NCBI GenBank assembly: GCA_965601925.1
Contig: OZ271854.1
Location: 3,904,001-3,968,000 of the forward strand
Direction of reading: 5' to 3'
Length of the DNA stretch: 64,000 bases
Source of the DNA: Alkalispirochaeta sp.
GTDB taxonomy: Bacteria; Spirochaetota; Spirochaetia; DSM-27196; Alkalispirochaetaceae
Position 1 is the first letter of the stretch. Each line of letters opens with the position of its first letter. Below the pieces are notes generated by a model. That model was given only the letters and a program-made list of their open reading frames with translations, did not search any database and was not told where the DNA came from. A program made the position numbers and the translations under genes. This document shows, one piece after another, positions 40,500 to 50,216 of the stretch.

Positions 40500-41521
40500 G
40501 CGACCTTCGAAAAACGGGGTTCGGTAAGCTTGTCGGACGACAAGAGACGGTTCTCCTGGCGATCCTTATAGCCTATGGAGTGCTTGTAGGATCGATAAAC
40601 CCTTCGTTCTATACCTTGGATAATCTGTTTCAGATTGTCCGCTCCAGTGCCGGTACGATGATCCTCGCAATGGGTTCGCTCGTCGTGCTCGCGTCCGGGG
40701 GGATAGATGTATCCTTTACGGCGGTCGCGATCTTCGGTGGGTATGCCACGGTGAGGATCATGATGGCGACGGGTATCGACAACATCGTTTTCGCGTTCGC
40801 CTTGTCCGGTGTCTTCGGCATTCTCCTGGGCGCAATCAATGCATTCTTCATCCAGAAGTTTCGACTCCAGACGTTGATCGTAACGCTCGGCACGCAGTCC
40901 ATTTTCGTTGGATTGATGACCTTGATGTTCGGAACGAGGTTCGTTCCGGTGGGGAACATGCCCGACTCGATCGTGTGGTTTGGAACGGAGCCCCTTCTTA
41001 CCCTCACTACGGCGAGCGGCGCGGCGCGCCTTACGTGGTTTGTCGTTCCCACGATCGTTTTGATCGTTCTTACATGGTTTCTTCTCAATCGTACTCTCGT
41101 GGGACGTACCGTGTACGCTATGGGGAGTTCCCGAGAGGCCGTGGAACGGGCCGGGGTCCAACTGTGGAAGACGCGAGCCTTTATCTACTGCTACGTCGGC
41201 ATGTTGTCCGGTTTCATGGGAATCGTGTATACCGCGCACGTTCGATCCCTGAATCCGATTTCCCTCGTCGGCGATGAGTTATTCGTACTTACCGCCGTCG
41301 TGCTCGGAGGGGCCAAACTAACCGGTGGAGTCGGGACCGTTTCGGGTACCGTCCTGGGCGTGCTCATCATCACGACACTCCAAACGACGCTCATTCTCAT
41401 CGGGCTTTCGTCGTCGTGGATGCGTTTTTTCATCGGCGCCATTCTCATCCTGAGCGTGTCGATCATGGCGATACGTACGCGACGAGAGAACCTTCGCAAT
41501 CTCATCTTTCATAACGAGTGA
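40496..41521 (+). CDS. Sugar ABC transporter permease
   Basis: GGIDVS, IVTLG, GRTVYAMG, AVVLGG...GGVGTVSGT; multiple transmembrane helices. Confidence 0.94.
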   Translation: MSDLRKTGFGKLVGRQETVLLAILIAYGVLVGSINPSFYTLDNLFQIVRSSAGTMILAMGSLVVLASGGIDVSFTAVAIFGGYATVRIMMATGIDNIVFAFALSGVFGILLGAINAFFIQKFRLQTLIVTLGTQSIFVGLMTLMFGTRFVPVGNMPDSIVWFGTEPLLTLTTASGAARLTWFVVPTIVLIVLTWFLLNRTLVGRTVYAMGSSREAVERAGVQLWKTRAFIYCYVGMLSGFMGIVYTAHVRSLNPISLVGDELFVLTAVVLGGAKLTGGVGTVSGTVLGVLIITTLQTTLILIGLSSSWMRFFIGAILILSVSIMAIRTRRENLRNLIFHNE

Positions 41522-41529
41522 GGAGACCC

Positions 41530-42522
41530 GTGCAAAACAAAACGATACATCTTACGAAGATCGTTCTCCTTCTGGGCGCGTTCTTCGTCATCTCCGTGTT
41601 GATCTTCCTCTTGTACGGAACGCGGTTTTATAATTGGCGGAACATATCGTCGATCATGTTTCAGATGAGCGAATTCGCATTCCTCAGTATGGCGATGGCG
41701 ATCGCGATGCTCACCGGGGGAATCGACCTATCCGTCGTATCGAATATGAATCTCGCCGGTATCTTCGCGGCGTTCATTCTCACGAACGAGGCGCTGCTCG
41801 CCGGTTCGGGTACCGTGCCCGTTATGCTCCTCGCAATCGCCGTAGCCCTCGCGTCGGGATTGATCGGTGGGCTCTTCAACGGTCTGGTAATCGCCAAAGT
41901 CGGCGTACATTCGATTCTGACCACGATCGGAACGATGATGCTCTTTGCCGGAATCGGGATGATACTCACCGGGGGACGGGGGGTCGTAGGGTTTCCGCAG
42001 GAGTTCGCATTCGTCGGAAACGGAACCCTTCTCGGCATTCCCTTTCCGTTCATCTTGATGGTGATCTTTTTTTTGATCGTCGGCTTCTTGCTGAACCGTT
42101 CTCAATGGGGGCGCAATCTCTATCTGTACGGATCCAATCCCGTAGCGTCACGGTTTTCAGGGATACACAACGCTCGTACGATCGTTGTGACGTACGCTCT
42201 CGGCGGTTTTCTGACCGGAATCAGTGCACTCATCATGATCTCGAGAACCAACTCCGCGCGGGTCGGCTACGGTGAGTCGTATCTACTACAGGCGATCGTC
42301 GTATCGGTCATGGGGACGATGGATCCGAAGGGCGGTTCGGGAAAGTTCGCCGGCGTCTTTATATCCGTTGTGCTGTTACAAATGCTGTCCAGCGCATTTA
42401 CCCGCTTGGGAATAACCCCCTTCGCCCGCGGTCTGGTGTATGGAACGATTCTTCTCCTTATCATTATCGGGTACGAGACCGTATCGGGAAGAAAGATTAC
42501 TCTCGGCGGCGAAGGACTGTAG
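41530..42522 (+). CDS. Sugar ABC transporter permease
   Basis: GGIDLS, GRNLYLYGSNPVASRFSGI; GAGGAG ribosome-binding site before the GTG at 41530. Confidence 0.94.
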   Translation: MQNKTIHLTKIVLLLGAFFVISVLIFLLYGTRFYNWRNISSIMFQMSEFAFLSMAMAIAMLTGGIDLSVVSNMNLAGIFAAFILTNEALLAGSGTVPVMLLAIAVALASGLIGGLFNGLVIAKVGVHSILTTIGTMMLFAGIGMILTGGRGVVGFPQEFAFVGNGTLLGIPFPFILMVIFFLIVGFLLNRSQWGRNLYLYGSNPVASRFSGIHNARTIVVTYALGGFLTGISALIMISRTNSARVGYGESYLLQAIVVSVMGTMDPKGGSGKFAGVFISVVLLQMLSSAFTRLGITPFARGLVYGTILLLIIIGYETVSGRKITLGGEGL

Positions 42523-42545
42523 TCGGCGACGGAGGAGGTAGACCA

Positions 42546-43547
42546 ATGCAACGAATTATCAACAACCCCGACAACGTCGTGGAGGATATGCTGAAGGGGT
42601 TCTTCAGGACCCACGGCGATATCGTCTCGGCCACCGACAACCCGCGGGTCGTCAAGTTCAAAGATGCCCCGATTGAAGGCAAGGTCGGCGTCGTTACCGG
42701 CGGCGGGAGCGGACACAAACCGGCGTTCATCGGATACGTCGGAAGAAACCTCGTGGACGCCGTCGCGGTGGGAGAAGTGTTCAGTTCGCCCACTGCGAAG
42801 GCGTTCTACGACGCCATACGCGCCGCCGATGCCGGAAAGGGGGTCGCGGTGCTCTATGGGAACTACGCCGGCGACGTCATGAACGTGAAAATGGCGGTCG
42901 AGGAGGCGGAGGAGGACGACATCGTGGTAGAGACGGTGTTGGCCAACGACGACGTGCCGAGCGCCCCGCGCGACGAGCGGGAGAAACGCCGCGGCGTCGC
43001 CGGCGAGGTGCTCATGTGGAAGGTCGGCGGCGCGAAAGCGGCCCTCGGCGGTACCTTGGACGAGGTCATCGCTGCGGCGCAAAAGGCGATCGACAACACC
43101 CGGAGCGTCGGTATCGGACTCACACCGTGCACCATCCCCGCGGTGGGCAAGCCCAACTTCTCCATCGAGCCCGGCACCATGGAGGTCGGTATCGGCCACC
43201 ACGGCGAACCGGGGATTACGGTGCAGGATCTGCAACCCGCGGACAAAATGGCCGAGATGTGTCTCGATATCGTCCTGCCCGATCTTCCCTTCGGCGCCGG
43301 CGACGAGGTCGTCGTGTTGGTGAGCGGACTGGGAGCTACGCCGGTAATGGAGCAGTACATCTTCTACAATCGTATCGCCGAGGTGCTGGAAGAGAAGAAC
43401 ATCGGCGTCTATCGGCCGTACGTGGGAAACTACTTCACCAGTTTGGAGATGATGGGCATCACCCTCACCGTAATGAAGCTCGATGAAGAGCTGAAGGAGC
43501 TCATTGATCTGGACGCCTATTCCATGGGGCTCAGGCAGCATGGCTGA
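42546..43547 (+). CDS. dhaK: Dihydroxyacetone kinase-family subunit K (Dak1 domain)
   Basis: GGGSGHKP, GEVFSSP, NYAGDVMN, RRGVAG, GIGHHGEPG, TSLEMMG. Confidence 0.95.
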   Translation: MQRIINNPDNVVEDMLKGFFRTHGDIVSATDNPRVVKFKDAPIEGKVGVVTGGGSGHKPAFIGYVGRNLVDAVAVGEVFSSPTAKAFYDAIRAADAGKGVAVLYGNYAGDVMNVKMAVEEAEEDDIVVETVLANDDVPSAPRDEREKRRGVAGEVLMWKVGGAKAALGGTLDEVIAAAQKAIDNTRSVGIGLTPCTIPAVGKPNFSIEPGTMEVGIGHHGEPGITVQDLQPADKMAEMCLDIVLPDLPFGAGDEVVVLVSGLGATPVMEQYIFYNRIAEVLEEKNIGVYRPYVGNYFTSLEMMGITLTVMKLDEELKELIDLDAYSMGLRQHG

Positions 43548-44226
43548 TGTATTTAAGAACCGCGAGGGTCGCGTGATCGTAGAGCGGTTGATCGAGGTAA
43601 TCCACGAGAATCGGGCGTATCTCAGTGAGCTCGACGGAAAGATCGGCGACGGAGACCATGGAATCAACATGGACAAAGGCTTCCAGCTGACGAAAGAGCG
43701 TCTGGAAGATGGAATGAATATGAGCGACGCTCTGAAGATCTTGGGGAGGACGCTCCTTCTTGAGATCGGTGGATCGATGGGCCCACTCTACGGGCAGTTC
43801 TACAAGGCGATGGCGAAGGCGAGTAAGGACGCTGAGGAGATCGGTGTCGGTACCCTCGCCGAGATGCTCGAGGCCGCCTACGAGGCGATCCGCACCTTGG
43901 GCGAGGCGAAACCGGGCGATAAAACGCTCGTCGACGCGCTGGCCCCGGCGACACACGCCGTCCGGGAGGCGGTCGATCGCGGGAAGAGCTTCGCCGAGGC
44001 GCTGGACGCGATGGTAGAGGCCGCCGAGACGGGGTGGAAGAGCACCGAGGATATGGTAGCCAAGATCGGCCGGTCGAGCCGGCTCGGTGAGCGGAGTCGG
44101 GGTGTTTTGGACGCCGGTGCTACGAGCTGTTACTTGATGCTGAAAAGCATCGCCGAGAGCGCGGGTGATTTGGCGTCAACAGAACCGTCGCGCACCGAGG
44201 CCTCGCCGGGTCCTTCGACCGGCTGA
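43540..44226 (+). CDS. dhaL: Dihydroxyacetone kinase-family subunit L (Dak2 domain)
   Basis: LDGKIGDGDHGINM, GGSMGPLYG, GDKTLVDAL, GRSSRLGERS, DAGA. Confidence 0.95.
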   Translation: MADVFKNREGRVIVERLIEVIHENRAYLSELDGKIGDGDHGINMDKGFQLTKERLEDGMNMSDALKILGRTLLLEIGGSMGPLYGQFYKAMAKASKDAEEIGVGTLAEMLEAAYEAIRTLGEAKPGDKTLVDALAPATHAVREAVDRGKSFAEALDAMVEAAETGWKSTEDMVAKIGRSSRLGERSRGVLDAGATSCYLMLKSIAESAGDLASTEPSRTEASPGPSTG

Positions 44227-44283
44227 GCGCGCGGCGAGGCCGCCGTCCGGCGTTCCGGTAACGCTACGCGGCCTACAGGAGGC

Positions 44284-45990
44284 TTACTCGTTCTCTCGCT
44301 TGTTGCGCACGACTCGCGCCCAGCTGTCCTTAAGCGTTACCGCACGATTGAAGACCGGACGATCGGGACGCGAATACTTCTCGTCACGGCGGAAGTAGCC
44401 GGTGCGTAAGAATTGCACCGCGGAATCGGACTCTCGGTCCGCCAATGCCGGTTCGATATACCCTTCCTTGACGGTCAAGGAATCGGGTGATACGGCAACG
44501 GTAAAATCTTCTCCCTCCGCAACGTCGTACGGGTTCTCGCGGTCGAAGAGCGGTCCGTAGAGGCGAAACTCGGAAGCGACGGCGTGAGGCGCCGATACCC
44601 AGTGGAGGGTACCCTTTACTTTGCGACCATCGGGGCTCTCGCCGCCTCGACTTTCCGGATCGTAGGTGCAGCGCAGCTCTACGACCCTTCCCTCTCCGTC
44701 ACGTACCACCTCGTTGCACGTGACGAAGTAGGCGTACTTAAGGCGCACCTCGCGTCCCGGGCCGAGGCGAAACCACTTTCTGGGCGGATCGTCCATGAAG
44801 TCGTCCCGCTCCACATACAGTTCGCCGCTGAAGGGGATACGCCGCGCTCCCGCCGACGGATCCTCGGGATTGTTTTCCGCATCGAACCAATCGACGTCGC
44901 CGGCCGGCCAGTTGGTAATGGTCAGTTTAATCGGGTCGACCACGGCCATGTACCGCTCGGCGCGAGGATTGAGGTCTTCCCGAAGACTGAACTCCAAGAG
45001 TGATAGGTCCACGACGCTGTTGGTCTTGGAGACGCCGACGCGTTTGCAGAAATTGCGTATCGCCTCGCTTGTGTATCCTCGGCGACGTAAGCCGGACAGC
45101 GTCGGCATCCGAGGGTCGTCCCACCCGTCAACGTAACCCTCTTCCACCAACCGTAGGAGTCTGCGCTTGCTCATTACCGTGTATGTTAGGTTGAGGCGGG
45201 CAAACTCGACTTGACGCGGCGTAGAGGGAACCGGCAGTTGCTCGATGAACCAGTCGTATAGCGGCCGATTGTTCTCAAACTCGAGAGTACAGATCGAATG
45301 CGTAACGCCCTCGATCGCATCGGACTGACCGTGGGTGAAATCGTAGGTCGGGTAGATACACCACGCGTCGCCGGTACGATGGTGGTGGACGTGGCGAATC
45401 CGATAGAGCGCGGGGTCGCGCATGGTGATGTTGGGGTGCGCCATATCGATCTTGGCACGGAGAATCAGACTGCCATCCTCGAACTCGCCATCTCGCATGC
45501 GGCGGAACAGATCGGCGTTCTCCTCCACGGGCCGGTCGCGCCACGGGCTGTTTTTTCCCGGTTCGGTGGGTGTGCCGCGATACTCGCGAATCTCCTCGGC
45601 GCTCAGCTCGTCGACATAGGCGAGCCCCTTCTCTATCAGATAGTGTGCCCACTGATACAGCTGCTCGAAATAGTCGGAGGCGTAGTACAGGCGATCCTCC
45701 CAATCGTATCCGAGCCAACGAATATCGTTCTGGATCGACTCTACGTACTCGGTGTCCTCTTTGACCGGGTTGGTGTCGTCGAAACGGAGGTTGCACAGAC
45801 CGCCGAACTCCTCGGCGATACCGAAGTTCAATACGATCGACTTGGCATGGCCGATGTGGAGATATCCGTTTGGCTCCGGAGGAAAGCGCGTGTGGACCTT
45901 CGCTTTCTTTCCCGCGATGTCCTCGGAAACGATCGTTCGTATGAAATCGAGCCCCGCGCCGTCCGCGCGTTCGGTAGGACTGTATGACAT
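44284..45990 (-). CDS. glnS: Glutamine--tRNA ligase
   Basis: [17 protein letters not shown] (HIGH), [27 protein letters not shown]. Confidence 0.96.
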   Translation of the reverse strand: MSYSPTERADGAGLDFIRTIVSEDIAGKKAKVHTRFPPEPNGYLHIGHAKSIVLNFGIAEEFGGLCNLRFDDTNPVKEDTEYVESIQNDIRWLGYDWEDRLYYASDYFEQLYQWAHYLIEKGLAYVDELSAEEIREYRGTPTEPGKNSPWRDRPVEENADLFRRMRDGEFEDGSLILRAKIDMAHPNITMRDPALYRIRHVHHHRTGDAWCIYPTYDFTHGQSDAIEGVTHSICTLEFENNRPLYDWFIEQLPVPSTPRQVEFARLNLTYTVMSKRRLLRLVEEGYVDGWDDPRMPTLSGLRRRGYTSEAIRNFCKRVGVSKTNSVVDLSLLEFSLREDLNPRAERYMAVVDPIKLTITNWPAGDVDWFDAENNPEDPSAGARRIPFSGELYVERDDFMDDPPRKWFRLGPGREVRLKYAYFVTCNEVVRDGEGRVVELRCTYDPESRGGESPDGRKVKGTLHWVSAPHAVASEFRLYGPLFDRENPYDVAEGEDFTVAVSPDSLTVKEGYIEPALADRESDSAVQFLRTGYFRRDEKYSRPDRPVFNRAVTLKDSWARVVRNKRENE

Positions 45991-46025
45991 GTTGTATTGC
46001 TTCCCCTCTCGTCGGTTATCGAGCG

Positions 46026-46613
46026 TTACACGCCGTCCGATGCCGGGTTCCCGGCAAGACCGATACGTTCCGCCGCCTTCTGCATTCCCGCGAGCGTCTC
46101 TGCGATGACCTCATCGAGAGGGACATCGAGTAGCTCGGCTCCCGCGGCGATGACCTCGCGGTTGGCTCCGGCGGCAAAGCTTTTATCTTTCCACTTCTTT
46201 TTGATGGACTTTACCTTCATGTCGAGAATGCTTTTTGACGGTCGAACGAGGGCCGTGGCGGTGATGAGACCGGTCAGCTCGTCGATCGTATAGAGCACCT
46301 TCTCCATCACGTGCTCCGGCTTGTCCTCGGTGAACATTCCCCAGGCGTGGCTGCGTACCGCACGAATCCACTCCTCGGGCCATCCCTCCTCCGCTAAGAT
46401 GCGGGTAGTTTGCTGGCAGTGCTCGTCGGGATAGCGTTCCCAGTCCAGGTCGTGCACCAGTCCGATAACTCCCCATTGCTCGGGATCCTCGCCGTACTTC
46501 TCGGCAAAGTGGCGCATCACCGCCTCTACGGAGAGGGCGTGGTTAATGAGACTCTCACTCTCGGTATAGCGACGCAGCAGTGCGTACGCGTGTTCACGAT
46601 CGGGTGTAGCCAT
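46026..46613 (-). CDS. HD-domain (HDIG-type) hydrolase
   Basis: H...[34 protein letters not shown]. Confidence 0.9.
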   Translation of the reverse strand: MATPDREHAYALLRRYTESESLINHALSVEAVMRHFAEKYGEDPEQWGVIGLVHDLDWERYPDEHCQQTTRILAEEGWPEEWIRAVRSHAWGMFTEDKPEHVMEKVLYTIDELTGLITATALVRPSKSILDMKVKSIKKKWKDKSFAAGANREVIAAGAELLDVPLDEVIAETLAGMQKAAERIGLAGNPASDGV

Positions 46614-46663
46614 GAAATGAGCATAGCGGAAAGTCGACGGGGTGGAAACCGCTTATCGGGTCC

Positions 46664-47380
46664 TCATAGATCGAGGCCGATGCGCTCCGGCGGATAATCC
46701 AACTCGTGCAATAGCCAGCGGCCGAAGGCGTGGAGTGCGGCAAACGGCGCGTCTCGACCGCGGCCGGCGGAGATGGCGAGCGCATAGTTGATCCTGTCGC
46801 GGGCGATTTCCGCGGTGGCGGGATGCGCGCGATCCTGATACCGGATGACGCCGTCGAGGCCGCGTAACACGACGCGACGAACCGGAGAATAGACCATTGC
46901 GTGGCGCTCCGTGAGGGTAAAGTTGCCCTGATGCATGAGAAATCCTTGGAAAATAGAGACGAATGCCGCGTCGTACTCGTAGGCCCAATACAGTACCGAG
47001 CGAATCACCGCGGCGTTTCGCTTGCGAAGCGTCGCGCGGGAACGCACTCTCCACACGGCCAAGCCCAGCGACTGAAAACGATACAACGCCGCATACAGGG
47101 CCGGCCGCGGCGCCAAATCGGACGAAAGACCGAGCTCCACGAGAAACGCCCGCGGATCGAACTGGCTGCGGAGCGTTTCTCGACGCCTTAAGACGCTCCA
47201 CTGTTCGCGGTAGCGCTCGAACTCCTCTCGAAAATAGAGAAACAGACGACCGTCGTCTCCCAAGCGATCCGGGTGAGTACGCTTTATCAATGTGCGATAG
47301 ATGCGCTCGAGCTCGATCGACTCATCCGGCGGGTTGGCTCGGAGGCGAGTAAAAATCTCGTCCAGGGATACGCGGTCCAT
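46664..47380 (-). CDS. Protein with an N-terminal J-like domain
   Basis: LERIYRTLIKRTHPDRLG helix-HPD motif followed by an unrecognised helical region; start placed at the ATG at 47380. Confidence 0.65.
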   Translation of the reverse strand: MDRVSLDEIFTRLRANPPDESIELERIYRTLIKRTHPDRLGDDGRLFLYFREEFERYREQWSVLRRRETLRSQFDPRAFLVELGLSSDLAPRPALYAALYRFQSLGLAVWRVRSRATLRKRNAAVIRSVLYWAYEYDAAFVSIFQGFLMHQGNFTLTERHAMVYSPVRRVVLRGLDGVIRYQDRAHPATAEIARDRINYALAISAGRGRDAPFAALHAFGRWLLHELDYPPERIGLDL

Positions 47381-47394
47381 CGGTGTATATGCGA

Positions 47395-48198
47395 CTACTC
47401 CCGCACATTTGGATCGGCGCTCTCGTCGGGGCGATAGACAACCGCCGTTTCGAGAGGGTCTCCCGGGCAGATTTCGACGACACGATAGCCCGGGCCGATC
47501 GGATGGGGAAGAAACGTTTCCGAGGTGGGATCGATCTGCATGTAGAGCGACGGCGTACAGTACTGGTGTATTCCTCCGCGTACCAGATGCGACTCCCAGT
47601 GGTAATGCCCGCAGAAGATCGATATATCGAGATCGTGTGCGTACGCGTCGAGGATCGTCTTCGCCTCCGCCGCGCCCGCCAATGGATAGTTGGCATCCAT
47701 GTATCGATGAAAACCGGTCAATATCGGGTGGTGACACCACACCGTCAGATATCGCGTCCGTTGGCCGGTCCGGGCGGCGGCGGCGCACGAGGATAGTACC
47801 GAGTCGAGCCAGAGGAGCTGCTGCACCGTCACCTCGCCGTCGCCGGTATCGAGCATCACCATGGGCACACCACCGATGTCGACGTGGCGGTCGATAAAGG
47901 GAGCGCTATCCGTCGTCCGATATCGGCGGCCGAAGATGTCGGCGAAGACACTACGATCGTCGTGGTTGCCCGGCATGACCAGATAGTCGCACGGCAGGCG
48001 ATCAAGCCACAGGGCGAGTTCGGAGTAGGTCTCGCGCGTCCCGTGGCGAAAGGCTAAATCACCGGTGACGAGTACCGCATTGGCGCCGGTCTCCGCCACC
48101 GACCGGAGTGCCCACTCGAGGTGTTCCCATACCGGAATATCCCGAGGGCGAGGTTCCTTCACGTCCACGTGAAGATCGGTGAGCTGTACGATTCGCAC
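47395..48198 (-). CDS. Metallophosphoesterase (CpdA/Icc-like)
   Basis: TDLH, TGDL, GNHD, HHP, GHYH motifs. Confidence 0.9.
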   Translation of the reverse strand: MRIVQLTDLHVDVKEPRPRDIPVWEHLEWALRSVAETGANAVLVTGDLAFRHGTRETYSELALWLDRLPCDYLVMPGNHDDRSVFADIFGRRYRTTDSAPFIDRHVDIGGVPMVMLDTGDGEVTVQQLLWLDSVLSSCAAAARTGQRTRYLTVWCHHPILTGFHRYMDANYPLAGAAEAKTILDAYAHDLDISIFCGHYHWESHLVRGGIHQYCTPSLYMQIDPTSETFLPHPIGPGYRVVEICPGDPLETAVVYRPDESADPNVRE

Positions 48199-48269
48199 AC
48201 TCCAAGTATGCCTCGAAACGCGACGAATGTGTATCCACGGAGGGGCCGGTCCCCTATACTCGCACCCGT

Positions 48270-48935
48270 ATGGGTACACTGGTCTACATGGATTCCGATC
48301 TTGTCGTTCTATCCAAGCGTTCCGGAGAGGCCGTTGCCGGACGACGCCCGGAGCATCGCGCACTCATCACCGAATGGCGACGTCGGCTCGGTGAACCGGC
48401 GCTGCAGCCGGTACATCGTATCGACCAGCCGGTGAGCGGACTCGTAGTGCTGAGTCGTAACCGCCGTGCGTTCGCAAATCTCCAGCGCGCTCTACAGGCC
48501 GGTGCGGTGCGGCGCGTCTACCTCGCGGTGGTGGACGGAACCCCCGACCCGCCGTCGGGAGTATTGGAAGATCGAATCGCGATAGAGACGGGGCGTAATC
48601 GCAGTCGCATCGATGAGGCGGGCAAAGAGTCGCGGTTGACCTATGAGCTGATCGGCCGTACGGACCACCACGCGGTGCTGAAAGTGACGCTCGACACAGG
48701 ACGGCACCATCAAATCCGCGTGCAGTTGGGTAGTCGGGGTTGGCACGTAGTGGGTGACGCCAAGTACGGAGCGCGCCGGGCGATGAGCGACCGCAGCATC
48801 GCGCTTCACGCCCGTTACCTCTCCTTCCCTCACCCGTCACGACCGGTCCGCGTCGCCTGCATCGCGCCCATGCCCGAGCGGCCGCTGTGGCGCGCGGTGC
48901 GGGAGCTCTACGATTCCTCGTCCGAGGAGTCGTGA
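48270..48935 (+). CDS. RluA-family pseudouridine synthase (no S4 domain)
   Basis: HRIDQPVSG, TGRHHQIRVQ, GDAKY, LHA. Confidence 0.92.
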   Translation: MGTLVYMDSDLVVLSKRSGEAVAGRRPEHRALITEWRRRLGEPALQPVHRIDQPVSGLVVLSRNRRAFANLQRALQAGAVRRVYLAVVDGTPDPPSGVLEDRIAIETGRNRSRIDEAGKESRLTYELIGRTDHHAVLKVTLDTGRHHQIRVQLGSRGWHVVGDAKYGARRAMSDRSIALHARYLSFPHPSRPVRVACIAPMPERPLWRAVRELYDSSSEES

Positions 48936-49621
48936 CCGTCGCCCAGGTGTATCGCCAGGGCGTTCACCACTGAGTGCATTAAATTGACGTCCGTCTGGCG
49001 CGCCGCGCCGATGCGTTCCATAAGTCGCTTGTAACGGGCGCGACCCGGGTCGAATCCGAGACTAGGTAACATCCGCGATAGCTTCTCCGCAAGCGCGCGG
49101 ACGCTCTCTTCGTCGCCTTCCCGCACGAGCGGACGCGCGACGTCCAGAAGCAGGGGCGAAAGCGCGTAGGTGTACACCATGACCGCCTGCGCCAAGTTGA
49201 GCGAGGGATACGGACGCCTCATCGGTACGGCGCTCACGATTTGGCAAAGATCCAGCTCGGCGTTACTCAGACCGCTCTCCTCGCAGCCGAACACTATGGC
49301 GATACGGTTACCCCGACCACCGTCGGCGAGCATGGTGCGCAGCTCGTCGGGGGTGTAGTAGTCGCTGCGCTTACCCCGTCTGCGTCCGGTAGTGGCGACG
49401 GCAAGATCGACGTCTGCAAGCGCCTTGGGAAGCGTGGTATATCGACGCGCTCCCTCGAGAATGTCCCGCGACCCGTGCGCGAAGGCGAGCGCCTCGGGAG
49501 AATCCAGCGGCGCATCGCCGGTCAATCTGAGGTCGGTAAAGCCCATGGTCTTCATAGCTCGCGCCGCGGCACCGATGTTTCCTCCCCGCGCCGGCGCTAC
49601 CAGCACAATCGAAAACTCCAT
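48908..49621 (-). CDS. SpoU-family tRNA/rRNA methyltransferase (TrmJ/LasT-like)
   Basis: NIGAAARAMKTMG, FGCEESGLSN, YPSLNLAQAV. Confidence 0.92.
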   Translation of the reverse strand: MEFSIVLVAPARGGNIGAAARAMKTMGFTDLRLTGDAPLDSPEALAFAHGSRDILEGARRYTTLPKALADVDLAVATTGRRRGKRSDYYTPDELRTMLADGGRGNRIAIVFGCEESGLSNAELDLCQIVSAVPMRRPYPSLNLAQAVMVYTYALSPLLLDVARPLVREGDEESVRALAEKLSRMLPSLGFDPGRARYKRLMERIGAARQTDVNLMHSVVNALAIHLGDGHDSSDEES

Positions 49622-49631
49622 CGCGTACGAC

Positions 49632-50216
49632 TCACGCCTTGTCGGTGCGGCGACCGTAGTTACGCGGCGTAGCGTAGAATACGAGCGTTCCGTTGGCGCC
49701 GGCGGGGACGAGCTCCTCGAATGCGATTCTGCACACGCCGAGGGTCGGAATGTTTTCCAAACGGGAGCCGGTGCACACCTCGACCGCCTCGGTGATGCCG
49801 GGGTTGTGCGCGCAGATCCATACCTCATCCGCCTCCAGGAGTGCCGAGTACGCGATATCCCATAGCGTCTCAGCGTCGGCGAGATAGAGTTCGTCCCGCC
49901 ACTCCGGCTCCGGATATGCCCCGGAGCGAGCTGCGTCGTCGCCCCGCGGTCTGGAGACCGCTTTGGTCTTCCGCGCCAGGGCATCCGCCTCTTCCGCGGT
50001 CCGTCGAGCGGCCTCGGTGAGGCGCACCACCGTTTGGCGGACGCGTTGTGCGCTACTCCCCAAGATCATCGCCGGTACCGGAAGCTCACGGGCAATCGTA
50101 TGCCCCATGTGGACGCAGTCGTGCTCGCCCCGTGCGTTCAGCTCTCTTTCGATATCGGCGCTTCCTCGGTCCTTCCAGCTCGATTTAGCGTGTCGTATCA
50201 GCGTCAAGTATTTCAC
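49632..50216 (-). CDS. sixA: SixA-type histidine phosphatase family protein
   Basis: LIRHAKSSW, RELNARG, SSAQRVRQT, LYLA, HNPG. Confidence 0.85.
   Translation of the reverse strand: MKYLTLIRHAKSSWKDRGSADIERELNARGEHDCVHMGHTIARELPVPAMILGSSAQRVRQTVVRLTEAARRTAEEADALARKTKAVSRPRGDDAARSGAYPEPEWRDELYLADAETLWDIAYSALLEADEVWICAHNPGITEAVEVCTGSRLENIPTLGVCRIAFEELVPAGANGTLVFYATPRNYGRRTDKA

Noticed and set aside
37835..42522. Calling the ABC system a bona fide lsr (AI-2) operon
   Set aside because: No lsrF or lsrG, and the regulator is DeoR/GlpR-type rather than LsrR (SorC-type); family resemblance does not fix the ligand.
49920..50020. About 30-aa Ala/Arg-rich insertion in the SixA-like protein
   Set aside because: In-frame low-complexity loop with no intein or repeat features; probably lineage-specific.
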